The notes: generated by a model not told the origin, from the letters alone. A stretch of 64,000 nt of DNA from Eubacteriales bacterium (GCA_045612665.1 JAZKZO010000004.1:1418-65417), one strand, 5' to 3'; shown: positions 1 through 10,699, counted from the first letter of the stretch. Translations and numbers: made by a program.

Positions 1-2771
1 GCGGAGTAGCTTGTAGGAATTACGCTTTCGTTGCCCTCAGCTTTAATAGCATACATAGGATAGTTAATGAAATAAGCACGCTTAACAGTATCACATGTAG
101 CAAGAGAGCCTGCGTGAGGACAAATAGAGTATGTAAACGAATGCTTTCCGTGGTCGCTTCTCTTAGATGGATGAATACCGCACTTGAGAAGTGAAAGCTG
201 GATAAGTCCGTCGTGAATATCGTGTCCGTATTTGCAATCGTTAATAAGGCTCACACCGTAGCCACCCTCGGAAATGTCTGCGTATTTGTGTGCGCAAACC
301 TCGAATTTAGCGGCATCCCAGCTTGTGTTCATATGAGTAGGACGCTCAATTGTACCAAACTGAATATCGTAAGTTGCCTTGTCGGTGTGAATATCAACGT
401 CAAACGCGCATTTGAGCATTTGGCTGTTTTGATGCCAGTCAAGCTCGGTGTCGAAATCAATTTGCAACGAATCGTCGTAGAACCAAATTGTTTGTGTAAT
501 CTCGCTCTCCATAAACGGACGTACAATCTTAATTCCAAGTCTTGCACCGTCGTCAACAATGTCAACCGCACTGAAATCAGTAACGGTTCTATACTTGTCG
601 CAGGAATAAGCCTGCCACTCCCAACAGTCGTAAACGTCAGGATAGTCCTGATATATGCGAAGCTCGTTGCCAATCGCGCCTTCCTTCAAAAGCTCGCGCT
701 TGTTCACCTTGTCGTAAATAGAGGTGATTTGCCAGAATTTGTCGAATTTAACCTTAAGCACATTTGTTTCAACGCCGTCCGCTGTAACGATTATAGAGTT
801 AGAGTCCTTGTAGCTCTTGACACAGGAGTAGCCCTTTGGCGCAACGCCTGAAACGAGAACACTCTTTCCGTCGATTTTAACTGCTCCGTCGCCAACGAAG
901 GAGTGAGGGTTAAATACAACGTAGCCCTCGCGCTTGTCAAGCTTGCTTGCAATATCGCCTCTTATATCGCCAATTTGCTTGTGAGCGATGTCTTGAACCC
1001 AAGCATAGTCAATGTCGCTTTGGTCGTAAACCTCATCAATAGATGAGCCGGGGATAATATCGTGGAACTGATTTGACAAAATCATTTCCCAACCACGGCG
1101 AAGAGAAGCCTTGTCAAACTCCTTGCCAAGAAGCTCCTTGCCGATAGTACCGAGAAGCTCAGCGTCAAGATACAAAAACTCGCTCTTGCGGTTGTTTTTC
1201 TTATTCTTTGCAACAGATGTATAAGTTCCTCTATGGAATTCAAGATAAAGCTCACCGTTCCATTTTGGAAGAAGCTTCTTGTTATCCTCAATTTTACCCT
1301 CAAGACGCTTCAAAAAGTCGCCTGCGAATTCTATCTTTACATTAGGAATTCCCGGAATACCCTTTGTTTGACGTCTTAAATATTCAAGATATTCGATTGT
1401 AGGTCCGCCACCGCCGTCGCCAAAGCCAAAGGTGTCGATTGCCTCGTTTGAAAGCATTTTGTGCTGATATCTGTAACGAGTTCCCTTAATCATATTTGGA
1501 TATGTACGGCCGTTGTAATGCGTTCCCTTTTGGAAGCCGTCGGAGTAGTTTTGCGCGGTAAGGAAGTATGTGTTGATGCCCGTGCCGTCAATTCCGCGCC
1601 ATTCAAAGGTGTCATATGGCATAACGTTGACGTCATTCCAGCTAATCTTTGAGGTTACGAACCAATCAACGCCTGCTTTCTTAAGAATTTGTGGAAGCGC
1701 AGCAGAGTAGCCGAATACGTCAGGCAACCAAAGCACACGGCTTTCAACACCGAATTCTTCCTTGAAGAAGCGCTTGCCGTACATAACCTGTCTTACAAGG
1801 CTCTCACCTGATGAAAGGTTACAGTCGGCCTCAACCCACATAGCGCCCTCGCATTCCCATCTGCCCTCTTTAATTCTTTGCTTGATTTCCTCAAACTTGT
1901 CAGGTGCTTCTTCCTTCAAGTTCTTGTAGAGGTGAGCCTGTGAGGACATAAACTTGTATTCGGGATATTTTTTCATAAGGTCAAGCACTGTGCAGAATGA
2001 GCGCTGTACCTTTTCACGAGTCTGCTTAAGAGTCCAAACCCAAGCGCAGTCTATGTGTGTATGACCTATACAAATAACTGTTTCGGGCTGAGTTTCGCAA
2101 TACTTTCCGTAGAATTCGTTAAGAATATAATCGTTAGCACGGCGAACACTGTCAAAGAATTCCTCGCTCTTCATATCGTAAAGGTCGAGAATTGAAACTG
2201 CCTCGTCAAGATATTTGAGAATCATCGCATATTCGTGAGTTCTGTTGTCAAGAAGCTCAAGCACCTCGAACGGCACGCGAAGATTGTACCAAAGCTCCTC
2301 AACCTCGGCATTCACGTTGCGAAGTGTAAGGAAAAGACGGGATCTTTCAACTCTTGCGCCTGTGTAAGCATAGAGGAAAATATCGTTTTCGGCATTCGCA
2401 TCAAGCTCAATATACTGATGGTTGATGTCCATACCCTGACGAAGCACGCCGTCAATATAAATCAAAAACTGTGGATTGTTTGGGTCCCAGCCGTCAGCAT
2501 AATCTGTTCTTGTATGAAGCTGAACAGGCTTGCCCTTCATATTTTCGGGAATATCAAGCTTAAAGTGGAACCACGCGTGTGTGTCCCAGCCCTCGCCCCA
2601 ATACTGACCCTCGGCAAATGGCATAAACTTGTCAAGGGAAGGTAGATCGTTGCTTGTCTTGTAATCGCAAGGGAAATATTCAAGATTTGTAACCGAGATG
2701 GTGTTGCAATATCTTGCGTTATTCTCAAGCTCCCATATGTATTTTGTTACTTTTCTTAGTTTGTTTTCCAT
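1..2771 (-). CDS. Glycoside hydrolase family 38 alpha-mannosidase (C-terminal end lies beyond the window start)
   Basis: Minus-strand frame open from ATG 2771-2769 (aggag RBS upstream) to the window edge; missing from the ORF track because it is truncated. My translation starts MENKLRKVTKYIWELENNARY and contains the GH38 metal-site motif GHTHIDCAWVWTLKQTREK (first codon at 2066, in frame with 2771). The last 60 nt read stop-free. Confidence 0.85.
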   Translation of the reverse strand, partial: MENKLRKVTKYIWELENNARYCNTISVTNLEYFPCDYKTSNDLPSLDKFMPFAEGQYWGEGWDTHAWFHFKLDIPENMKGKPVQLHTRTDYADGWDPNNPQFLIYIDGVLRQGMDINHQYIELDANAENDIFLYAYTGARVERSRLFLTLRNVNAEVEELWYNLRVPFEVLELLDNRTHEYAMILKYLDEAVSILDLYDMKSEEFFDSVRRANDYILNEFYGKYCETQPETVICIGHTHIDCAWVWTLKQTREKVQRSFCTVLDLMKKYPEYKFMSSQAHLYKNLKEEAPDKFEEIKQRIKEGRWECEGAMWVEADCNLSSGESLVRQVMYGKRFFKEEFGVESRVLWLPDVFGYSAALPQILKKAGVDWFVTSKISWNDVNVMPYDTFEWRGIDGTGINTYFLTAQNYSDGFQKGTHYNGRTYPNMIKGTRYRYQHKMLSNEAIDTFGFGDGGGGPTIEYLEYLRRQTKGIPGIPNVKIEFAGDFLKRLEGKIEDNKKLLPKWNGELYLEFHRGTYTSVAKNKKNNRKSEFLYLDAELLGTIGKELLGKEFDKASLRRGWEMILSNQFHDIIPGSSIDEVYDQSDIDYAWVQDIAHKQIGDIRGDIASKLDKREGYVVFNPHSFVGDGAVKIDGKSVLVSGVAPKGYSCVKSYKDSNSIIVTADGVETNVLKVKFDKFWQITSIYDKVNKRELLKEGAIGNELRIYQDYPDVYDCWEWQAYSCDKYRTVTDFSAVDIVDDGARLGIKIVRPFMESEITQTIWFYDDSLQIDFDTELDWHQNSQMLKCAFDVDIHTDKATYDIQFGTIERPTHMNTSWDAAKFEVCAHKYADISEGGYGVSLINDCKYGHDIHDGLIQLSLLKCGIHPSKRSDHGKHSFTYSICPHAGSLATCDTVKRAYFINYPMYAIKAEGNESVIPTSYS

Positions 2772-2919
2772 TTCAAGTCTCCTAACATAAAGATACATTT
2801 TAATTCTACCATAAATTATATAATAAAACAAGAGCATATTGACAAAAACACGCGTGTGTGCTAAAATTATTCTATTCTAACTACTGGGCACGACTTTTTT
2901 ATGCTATGAAAGGAGCTTT

Positions 2920-5457
2920 ATGAAGAAGTTATTTATCTTTATTGCGATAATGGCATTTGCGATTTGCCTTTTCGCAGTTTCGGTAGGTGCTGCAACAGTC
3001 TATAAGGACACAGAGGGAAACACCCTGTTTACTTATGAGATGAATAGCAGTAATATCATTTCAATCTATACAGGAGAATTCCCTAAAACCGACAGTCAGG
3101 GAAATGCGCTTACTTGGTATGTTACCGCAACCGCCACCGAGGGCTCAAATACAGTTAAAACAGTAAAAAGCATTTTGACCCTTGATACAAACTACTGCAC
3201 ATTTGTTGAAGGCGTATATTCGTATAGCACAGACACTGTAACTCCGTTAAATGTAGTGTCTGCAAACTTTCCAAATGATAAGGGAATTGAGAAGATTAGC
3301 TTCCCTCACGGCGGATATAGATTTGACACCATGTACACATACAATCCAAACGGCTCGGAGATTTTGTTTGTTTATTTGCCAAACACTCTGACAGAGCTTC
3401 CTGAGCGTATTGTACAGGCATCTAAGGCTCTCGTTTGCGATATGCCATCTGATGCAAAATTCACAACAATATCCCACGTTAATTTCCACCATTCAAAGTG
3501 CTTAAGAGAAATTAACATTCCAAGCTCGGTACAGACAATTCAATCTAAAGATGCCAACGACGGATGCGCATTCTATCAGTGTGTATCTCTTGAAAGAGTT
3601 ACATTTGGCGAAAATTCCGTTTTGACTGAAATTCAGTCCGAGGCGTTTAATGGATGTACCTCTCTTAAGGAAATCACCTTGCCCGATTCGCTTTTGACTC
3701 TTGGAGACAAGGTGTTCGTTGGAACAAGCATTGTTAACTCTCCGTTCACAAAGAATTCGCAGTGCCAAAAAATAGGCAATGCGTGCTTTGGAAATGTTAA
3801 AACCCTTAAAAATCTTGTCATTCCAAACGGCATAGTAGAGCTTGATTTGGTGTCAATTATCACATACAACGAAAATATTGAGCGCGTGGAATTCGGTAAT
3901 AATCCTAAGCTCAAGGTAATCAAGAAAAACTGCTTCAACGGTGGCTCGTTGCAAAACGGAAAGCCTTATTCGAAGCTTGTAGTTGATACCTTGCCCGACT
4001 GTGTTGAAACAGTAGAGGACTTCGCATTTATTCAAACGGCAATCGTTAATTCTCCGTTCTCACCAACCTCAAGATGCACATACATCGGTCATCAGGCGTT
4101 CAGCACCTGTACTTCCTTAAAGAACATTATTATTCCAAAGGATGCCAGATTTGCTACAGATTTGACAGACTATGCTGCAGATAATCAAAAGCTTGGAGTT
4201 TTCTTCGGCTGCACATCTCTTGAAAGCGTTACCTTCCACGAGGATTCTACAACAGAGGTGCTTCCAACATATATGTTCGCATCCTGCTCGTCGCTTAAAA
4301 GTATTAAAATTCCAAATAGCGTAACCACTCTTTCCGCGCGTATGTTCGATAGATGTGTAAAGCTTGAAACTATCGTTCTCGGCGCAAATGTTACCTCTCT
4401 TAACCACGGTAGAAGCTGGTCGGACGGACATAATAGCTTCACATATGGCTGTACATCTCTTAAATATGTGTATATCTCAAAAAATCTCGATATGTCAACA
4501 GGACATACCGACGCGTGTCATGTTTTCTCAACCAAGGATTATAAGGGCACCTTCGCTAAGCTTACACTTTTTGTAGACGGTGACTACGATGATGCAAAGA
4601 GAATTCAGGACGGCTTTAAGGCGGTTTCATCGTGTAACTGCAATGACCGTGTAAACGATTCTGAAATCATATCCTTAGAAGAATACGAGGAGCTTGCATC
4701 CGTAACTAAAAATTATATAGTTTACGGCGTTAATACCTGCGATGCATTCTATGAGGGACAGCATACCTTGACAGGCGGCAACTGTACCGTTGCCGACAGC
4801 TGTGAGCATTGCGACTACGAATCCGAGGCTCAGGCAGAGCATACAATCGTTGAAACCCTTACATATGCAAACGGATTTACTAAAAACGGCATTTACCTTT
4901 GCGATTGCACATTTAACGGCTGTACAGTGCTTGATGTCAAGATTGGCGATTCCAAGTCCGTTGCTTCACCTCTTTTCGGTGGTGGAGATGGCTTCTCAAC
5001 AAAGGGAGAGGACGGAATTGCAGGCGGTTATTCAATCAATGTTGCGGCAGTAGCTGAGTATAAGAGAATAAACGGAAATATCACTATCGGAATTATAGCG
5101 GTAAATCCAAACTTCCTTTATGGCAAGGATTCCTTCCTTGATGCAAACGGAAGAGTAAATACAAGCGGCGGTGCTATGCAGGTTTTGATGACCGATAATC
5201 AATACGAAAATGTAAGCGTGTCGATTACAGGCTTTGTAGGCGATGCGGCAGACCTCTCACTCGTAATTGCACTTTATGCATACGATGAGGTTGAAAATGT
5301 TGAATTCATTCAGTCCACAACAACAAAGTGCGCTGATAAGAATGTAACCGTTGGCGAAACAACTCTTTATACCGTAACTCTTAACTCTGTTAAGGCGGAA
5401 AGCAGTAGCGTTTCAAATCTTGGCGATTACATAATCCCAAGCAATAAGGAAAACTAA
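2920..5457 (+). CDS. Secreted BspA-type leucine-rich-repeat surface protein
   Basis: 845-aa ORF. N-terminal signal peptide MKKLFIFIAIMAFAICLFAVSVGAA. Repeated F-x-x-C-x-S-L-x-x-I-x-I-P-x-S/V units typical of LRR_5/BspA repeats. aggag RBS before the ATG. Confidence 0.75.
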   Translation: MKKLFIFIAIMAFAICLFAVSVGAATVYKDTEGNTLFTYEMNSSNIISIYTGEFPKTDSQGNALTWYVTATATEGSNTVKTVKSILTLDTNYCTFVEGVYSYSTDTVTPLNVVSANFPNDKGIEKISFPHGGYRFDTMYTYNPNGSEILFVYLPNTLTELPERIVQASKALVCDMPSDAKFTTISHVNFHHSKCLREINIPSSVQTIQSKDANDGCAFYQCVSLERVTFGENSVLTEIQSEAFNGCTSLKEITLPDSLLTLGDKVFVGTSIVNSPFTKNSQCQKIGNACFGNVKTLKNLVIPNGIVELDLVSIITYNENIERVEFGNNPKLKVIKKNCFNGGSLQNGKPYSKLVVDTLPDCVETVEDFAFIQTAIVNSPFSPTSRCTYIGHQAFSTCTSLKNIIIPKDARFATDLTDYAADNQKLGVFFGCTSLESVTFHEDSTTEVLPTYMFASCSSLKSIKIPNSVTTLSARMFDRCVKLETIVLGANVTSLNHGRSWSDGHNSFTYGCTSLKYVYISKNLDMSTGHTDACHVFSTKDYKGTFAKLTLFVDGDYDDAKRIQDGFKAVSSCNCNDRVNDSEIISLEEYEELASVTKNYIVYGVNTCDAFYEGQHTLTGGNCTVADSCEHCDYESEAQAEHTIVETLTYANGFTKNGIYLCDCTFNGCTVLDVKIGDSKSVASPLFGGGDGFSTKGEDGIAGGYSINVAAVAEYKRINGNITIGIIAVNPNFLYGKDSFLDANGRVNTSGGAMQVLMTDNQYENVSVSITGFVGDAADLSLVIALYAYDEVENVEFIQSTTTKCADKNVTVGETTLYTVTLNSVKAESSSVSNLGDYIIPSNKEN

Positions 5458-5460
5458 AAT

Positions 5461-5495
5461 AAAATCCACACTCAACCGAGTGTGGATTTCTTTAT
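5461..5495. terminator. Bidirectional Rho-independent terminator between convergent genes
   Basis: Hairpin aatccacactc-aacc-gagtgtggatt (5463-5488), flanked by an A-run upstream and a T-run downstream. Confidence 0.7.
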
Positions 5496-5899
5496 TCCTT
5501 GTTAAATGTCCTTGAATAGATAAACTGTATAAGCTCCGCCAAAACAATAAGAATTGCACCGATAATTCCGCCAAGAAGCGTATAAGCGCCTGAAAGCATT
5601 GCGGAAAGAGAGCCGAGAAGCGCAACCCAAGGCAAAGCGCAAAGCACAGCGTAAAAGGCTTTACTTTCAGTTATAAAAAACGAGAGCAAAAGCAAGCTGA
5701 GCATAATTACGCTTACAATAGCACAAATGAGTGGACCGACAACCCCGCGTCCCCACGGAATAGACTCAAAATACGAGTGATACGAGGTTGAGGACATTCC
5801 GCCACTGTCAACCCAGTTTAGCTTTATACTAAACGGTATAAGCTCAAGCACTATGAGAAAAACCGTTGTAATAATACTTGTAATTTTTAAACCCTTCAT
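5492..5899 (-). CDS. Small polytopic membrane protein, function unknown
   Basis: 135-aa ORF with four hydrophobic spans, immediately downstream of the 5903-6220 gene on the same strand. Confidence 0.55.
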   Translation of the reverse strand: MKGLKITSIITTVFLIVLELIPFSIKLNWVDSGGMSSTSYHSYFESIPWGRGVVGPLICAIVSVIMLSLLLLSFFITESKAFYAVLCALPWVALLGSLSAMLSGAYTLLGGIIGAILIVLAELIQFIYSRTFNKE

Positions 5900-5902
5900 A
5901 AA

Positions 5903-6220
5903 TTAAAGACCTGTAATCATTGTTATAATAGCGAAAATAGTGATAGGCGCACTTATCGAAATCGAAACAATGGAAAGCACAAGCTTTTCCTTTCTTATAA
6001 GTGATATAATAGCAATAACCGTGGAGATAGCTCCGAGAATAAGACCGGGGATAATCAAGAAAATAAGACCTGCAATTATCAGCCCCCAGTTGTTGTTAAT
6101 TTGACTTAAATAAAGTATGCAAACAAGACCGAGGATTATAAGAAAAAACGCAAGCGCTGTGCAAGAAATCGAAATTATAGCAAGAACAGGGCGTTTCCTT
6201 TCATTTAAGCTTTGGTTCAT
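5903..6220 (-). CDS. Small membrane protein, function unknown
   Basis: I place the start at ATG 6220 (MNQSLNERKRP, gaggtga RBS). The track start at 6247 lies inside the TTGACA-17-TAAAAT promoter. The rest of the protein is hydrophobic. Confidence 0.55.
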   Translation of the reverse strand: MNQSLNERKRPVLAIISISCTALAFFLIILGLVCILYLSQINNNWGLIIAGLIFLIIPGLILGAISTVIAIISLIRKEKLVLSIVSISISAPITIFAIITMITGL

Positions 6221-6363
6221 GTTATCACCTCGAGTATATTTTATCATATCAAAGGAGCTTTGTCAAATAAAATTAACGCATAAACATCGTAATATATATT
6301 GATTATTTTTCTAGCGTGTGTTAAAATATAATAAGTAAATAAATTTCCTCAAAGGAGAACAAT

Positions 6364-7653
6364 ATGATTGCAAAAACCGCACCTATGGGCTGGAATAGCT
6401 GGGATTGCTACGGTGCAAGCGTAGACGAGGCAACAGTTCGCAAAAATGCCGAATATATGGCGAAAAATTTAAAGCAATACGGTTGGGAGTATATCGTTGT
6501 AGATATTCAATGGTATGAGCCAACTGCTGATAATAACGACTATAACGATTTTGCCGAGATATGCCTTGACGAATATTCAAGAGTTATCCCTGCCGAAAAC
6601 CGTTTCCCCTCATCTAAAAACGGAGCAGGCTTTAAGCCTCTTGCCGATTATGTTCACTCACTTGGACTAAAATTCGGTATACATATTATGAGAGGTGTGC
6701 CGAGAATTGCCGTTCACGGTAAGGGCAAAATCAAGGGTACAAGCAAAACTGCACGCGATATTGCAAGTGTTTGGGTACAAAGACCTGGCGAGGAGTTTAG
6801 AGTAACAAACTCGTGCTTCTGGAATACCGATATGTACGGTGTTGACACCACCAAGGAGGGCGCAAAGGAATACTACGACAGTATCTTTGAGCTTTATGCA
6901 TCCTGGGGCGTTGACTTTATTAAGTGCGATGATATTGCAAGAGAATTGCCTCATCACGAGGAGGAGCTCAAAATGATATCAAACGCAATCAAAAATTGCG
7001 GACGCGATATGGTATTTAGTGTTTCTCCCGGACCATCACGCCTTGAAAGAAGCGAATTTTATAAGCAATACGCAAATATGTGGCGTATTACCGACGACTT
7101 TTGGGATGAGTGGCATTTCCTTTACGAAATGTTCGAGCGTGCTGAAAAGTGGAGCATTCACTCGGGCGCAGGACACTGGCCTGATGCCGATATGCTTCCA
7201 ATAGGCCCTATCCGTCAGTGCTATGACAAAAACGAATGGACTAAGTTTACGCACGATGAGCTTTATACAAATCTAACCCTTTGGAGCATTATGCGCTCAC
7301 CGCTTATAATAGGTGGAGAGATGACAGGCTTCGATGACTTCACCTTGAAGCTTGTAACAAACGAAAATATCCTTAAAATGCACAAGGACGCGCGCCACTC
7401 TCATCAGGTGTGGAGAAAGGAAATTGACGCATCAGAGTATGTATTGTGGACCGCTGTGTCAAAGGAAGGACAGTATGCCGCTATATTCAATATAGGCGAG
7501 AGCAAGGGCAAAATCTCAATTCCACTTTCCGACCTTGAAATCGACGAGAGCGTTAGCGCACTTGAGCTTTGGACAGGCGAAGAGTGTACCTTCGATACCG
7601 AAATCACAGTCGAGCTAGAGCCACACGCAACAAAGGTATTTTTGCTTAAATAG
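6364..7653 (+). CDS. Glycoside hydrolase family 27 alpha-galactosidase-like enzyme
   Basis: 429 aa. N-terminal PMGWNSWDCYG motif and VDFIKCDDI (nucleophile-region K-x-D-D) are typical of GH27. aaaggag RBS. Confidence 0.8.
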   Translation: MIAKTAPMGWNSWDCYGASVDEATVRKNAEYMAKNLKQYGWEYIVVDIQWYEPTADNNDYNDFAEICLDEYSRVIPAENRFPSSKNGAGFKPLADYVHSLGLKFGIHIMRGVPRIAVHGKGKIKGTSKTARDIASVWVQRPGEEFRVTNSCFWNTDMYGVDTTKEGAKEYYDSIFELYASWGVDFIKCDDIARELPHHEEELKMISNAIKNCGRDMVFSVSPGPSRLERSEFYKQYANMWRITDDFWDEWHFLYEMFERAEKWSIHSGAGHWPDADMLPIGPIRQCYDKNEWTKFTHDELYTNLTLWSIMRSPLIIGGEMTGFDDFTLKLVTNENILKMHKDARHSHQVWRKEIDASEYVLWTAVSKEGQYAAIFNIGESKGKISIPLSDLEIDESVSALELWTGEECTFDTEITVELEPHATKVFLLK

Positions 7654-7656
7654 ACA

Positions 7657-7690
7657 TAAAGCGCGTCTTGTGTTGGGACGCGCTTTTTAA
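7657..7690 (+). terminator. Rho-independent terminator after the GH27 gene
   Basis: aaagcgcgtc...gacgcgcttt hairpin followed by a T-run. Confidence 0.65.
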
Positions 7691-7717
7691 AAGCAACAAA
7701 AAGCTTAACTTGTGTTG

Positions 7718-7746
7718 TTCAAATTTGAAATTTTCCTTGGTATAAT
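7718..7746 (+). promoter_or_regulatory. Promoter with a 12-bp perfect palindrome over the -35 (candidate TetR operator)
   Basis: TTCAAA (7718-7723), 17 nt, TATAAT (7741-7746). TTCAAATTTGAA (7718-7729) is a perfect palindrome. The operon downstream encodes a TetR-family regulator. Confidence 0.45.
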
Positions 7747-7780
7747 GAGCTCGTAAAAAACAAAAAGGGAGGTTCAAATT

Positions 7781-8134
7781 ATGAACACAGACAAAATTTA
7801 CGCAGAATCAATCGCAAAGGAGTACGCTCCAAAGGACAACTCAAAGGTAATTGCACTTCGCAAGCTTGATGCAAAGGCTAAAATGCCTGCAACAATCTTC
7901 ACCTACACATTCGGAATAATCAGCGCACTTGTGCTCGGACTCGGTATGTGTCTTGCGATGCAGGTTATCGGCGGAACACCACTTATGGTGGCGATCGGTA
8001 TTGTTATCGGTATCGTTGGAATAATCGGTGCATCCGTTAATTATCCTATGTACAAAAGAATTCTTGAAAAGGGAAAGAGTAAATACGCAAACGATATCGT
8101 TGAGCTTGCCCGTCAAATAAGCGAGCAGGAATAA
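7781..8134 (+). CDS. Small membrane protein (two TM helices), function unknown
   Basis: 117-aa ORF with agggagg RBS and a central hydrophobic hairpin, followed 20 nt later by the TetR gene. Confidence 0.6.
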   Translation: MNTDKIYAESIAKEYAPKDNSKVIALRKLDAKAKMPATIFTYTFGIISALVLGLGMCLAMQVIGGTPLMVAIGIVIGIVGIIGASVNYPMYKRILEKGKSKYANDIVELARQISEQE

Positions 8135-8154
8135 TAAAAAAGGGGGGGACGGAA

Positions 8155-8745
8155 GTGAACAAATCGGAGAGCAAGTATTTTAATACTGCCATAAAAATGG
8201 ATAAGGCGCTTCTTGCCTTGCTTGAAAAAAAGGATTTCGAGTATATCACAATAAAAGAAATTTGTGCAAAAGCAGAGGTAAACCGTTCTACCTTTTATCT
8301 TCACTACGAAAACACAAGAGATCTTCTTACAGAATGCACAAGATATGTAATAGACGGATTTCTTTCTTACTTTCCTCAAACTCCCGAGAGCTTTACAAAA
8401 AGCCTTAAGGGAACAAATCACAGCGAGCTTATATTCATAAACCCCGAATATCTTACTCCGTATCTTACCTATATAAGGGATAACAAGCGCCTTTTTAAAA
8501 CGATGCTTAAGCATATAGGTACAATGGCGTTCGAAAAGTCGTACGATAAAATGTTCAAATACATTTTTGACCCCATTCTTGCAAGATTTGATTATCCTAA
8601 AGAGGAAAGAGCATATGTTATGAAATTTTATCTTACGGGAATAACCGCCCTTTCAATGGAGTGGATTGCAAACGACTGTAAGGAAGAAATTGAAAAAATG
8701 GTTGGCATTATAAGAAAGTGCATTTTCGGCAATGAAAATAAATAA
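8155..8745 (+). CDS. TetR/AcrR-family transcriptional regulator
   Basis: 196 aa with the N-terminal HTH signature ITIKEICAKAEVNRSTFYLHYENTRDLL. The GTG start at 8155 is uncertain; ATG 8197 is an alternative. Confidence 0.8.
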   Translation: MNKSESKYFNTAIKMDKALLALLEKKDFEYITIKEICAKAEVNRSTFYLHYENTRDLLTECTRYVIDGFLSYFPQTPESFTKSLKGTNHSELIFINPEYLTPYLTYIRDNKRLFKTMLKHIGTMAFEKSYDKMFKYIFDPILARFDYPKEERAYVMKFYLTGITALSMEWIANDCKEEIEKMVGIIRKCIFGNENK

Positions 8746-8763
8746 TCTAACGCTTGTATCAAC

Positions 8764-8797
8764 AAAAATAAAAGCAGTCCGTTTGGACTGCTTTTTG
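8764..8797. terminator. Bidirectional terminator; one copy of a 31-bp sequence repeated inverted at 14544-14574
   Basis: aaaaataaaagcagtcc-gttt-ggactgcttttt, lying between convergent genes. Confidence 0.7.
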
Positions 8798-8798
8798 T

Positions 8799-9575
8799 TT
8801 ATGCTTCTTTCTTTTTGAGCTTTCCTGTTGCAAGGTAGTATATGTAATAGAATCCGATGATGTAGATAAGGAAAAGTCCAACAACTATCATTGGATAGAA
8901 CACAGGGCTTCCGTTTACCATATTGTAGAAAATATCGTAAGGAGTTCCGTCGCCTCTCATAAGGAACATATAGTTGTAATCGATAATTACATTGACGATA
9001 TATGCCGCGATAGCGAATCCGCCGAAGATGCAGAAGGTAATCCAAATGTTGTTTTTCTTCATGCTTGTCTTTGCCATTCCCGAAAGAACAATGTAAAGCG
9101 CGCAGAAGCCGGAGATTGCGTGAGTGATTCCCGATACAACGTTAGGGAAGGACAAAACGGGATACGAGCCGTAGTTTTGACCTGCACCGTAAGTGCCGAG
9201 CACAGCGCCCAAAAGTCCGAAAATGAACACGAAGTCAAGTGATGCTTCCTTGAGTCTGCCCTTGCAAAATGCTGCAAGAGGAATAGTGATAAGTTGAATT
9301 GAGCAAAGGAAGAGAGGCAAAGCTCTTGTCCAATAGTCAGGCTCTTCAATAGAACCCATTATGATTTTGAAAATTTCAAATGCATCAATTGCGATAGCGC
9401 TAACGATAAGAACCTTGTTTTTGATCTTCGTATCCTTGTCCTTGTTGCGTTTTCCGAGGAAAATTGCAAGGGCAACCATGATGATCATAAGCGATGTAAC
9501 AAAGGTGAGGTGTTGCCAGGACATAAAGCCCTCCGGCTCACGGGTGAAGCCGCCGATTCCAAAAAATTCTTTCAT
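8799..9575 (-). CDS. Polytopic integral membrane protein (possibly YwaF/TIGR02206-like; family assignment weak)
   Basis: 258-aa ORF with about 7 hydrophobic spans and an aaagga RBS. The family guess is from recollection of similar N-termini only. Confidence 0.6.
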   Translation of the reverse strand: MKEFFGIGGFTREPEGFMSWQHLTFVTSLMIIMVALAIFLGKRNKDKDTKIKNKVLIVSAIAIDAFEIFKIIMGSIEEPDYWTRALPLFLCSIQLITIPLAAFCKGRLKEASLDFVFIFGLLGAVLGTYGAGQNYGSYPVLSFPNVVSGITHAISGFCALYIVLSGMAKTSMKKNNIWITFCIFGGFAIAAYIVNVIIDYNYMFLMRGDGTPYDIFYNMVNGSPVFYPMIVVGLFLIYIIGFYYIYYLATGKLKKKEA

Positions 9576-9711
9576 GTTTAAGTTTCCTTTAAATAAAATT
9601 TAGGTAAAATTTAACTACCTGTCATTATAGCAAATAATTTTCTATTTGTATATAGATTTTTCAAAAAAATATTAAAAATGTTGAAAAATGTCGAAATTAT
9701 ATTCGATTTTA

Positions 9712-9741
9712 AAGAAAAAGGACGGCCATAGACCGTCCTTG
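9712..9741 (-). terminator. Rho-independent terminator of the PadR operon
   Basis: On the minus strand: aaggacgg-tctatgg-ccgtcctt followed by tttttcttt. Confidence 0.65.
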
Positions 9742-9744
9742 ATT

Positions 9745-10698
9745 TTAATTAGCAAAGCTTATAATAACGTCTCCTGTGCTGGTTTCGCACTTGAATTTTC
9801 CGCCTGTTGTGGATTCGGGAACGCTAACCTTACCTGTGTCCGTGTTGACAAAGAAGATTTTGCTTGAAAGAAGAGTTCCCTTAACGTCTCCTGTCGTTAC
9901 GTTGATATATATTTCGTTTGCATCGGAACGGTCGAAATCAATGCTTCCCGTTGAAAGGTCAAAATTGAAGCTTTCGCTTGCAACCGTGTTTTTGATGAGC
10001 ATATCACCGGTAGAGCCGTTTGCACTTAATTTTCCGCACACTGTGTCGATAATTTCAACATCGCCCGTGCTAAATTCAAGTGAAATATCGCCACTGCATG
10101 CCACGTTCTTTATGCTAATCTCACCTGTGGAAACCGTAACGCCAAGAGAGGTGGGCGTCATACCATCGATGGTAACGTCGCCTGTTGAAGCCTCTATTTT
10201 GGCACTTCCGTTTGTTTTCGCACGTATGCTTGTGTCGCCTGTGGAAAGTGAAACATCTATGCTTTCAAAGCTGAAATCGCTCGGAATGCTAATATCTCCT
10301 GTGCTCGCATCGATTTTTAGCGCACCGTATGCGCCCTCGGGCAAGTATATGGTGATTTTCGGAGAGCTTATATTGAACAAATACTCCCACCATTTTTTCT
10401 CGTTTTTAACGCTGATGACAAGAGAGTCGTCTGTAACCGATACCTGATGCTTTTCGTGCCTGTGCTCGTAAAACGAAGCCGCAACCTTTCCGTTAGTTGA
10501 AGGGAGAAAGGTGATGTCAGCCGTTTCTATATTTATAGAAATCCCTTGGAATGTGTCTGTAATTTCATATTCTGCACTTTCATATCTTGAGCTTTGAAGT
10601 CTCCAACCGTTAGAGCTTAAGGCTAAAATAAAGAGAATTCCGCCCACAACTATAAGTGAAAGCGCCAAAGTGATTATCATTTTTGTTCCCTTTTCCAT
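9745..10698 (-). CDS. DUF4097-type repeat protein (LiaG-like putative adhesin fold) with N-terminal TM anchor
   Basis: 317 aa. TM helix MIITLALSLIVVGGILFILAL, then many S-T-G-D-[IV]-x-I repeats (STGDISI, STGDTSI, STGDVTI, STGEISI, STGDVEI). Confidence 0.75.
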   Translation of the reverse strand: MEKGTKMIITLALSLIVVGGILFILALSSNGWRLQSSRYESAEYEITDTFQGISINIETADITFLPSTNGKVAASFYEHRHEKHQVSVTDDSLVISVKNEKKWWEYLFNISSPKITIYLPEGAYGALKIDASTGDISIPSDFSFESIDVSLSTGDTSIRAKTNGSAKIEASTGDVTIDGMTPTSLGVTVSTGEISIKNVACSGDISLEFSTGDVEIIDTVCGKLSANGSTGDMLIKNTVASESFNFDLSTGSIDFDRSDANEIYINVTTGDVKGTLLSSKIFFVNTDTGKVSVPESTTGGKFKCETSTGDVIISFAN

Positions 10699-10699
10699 C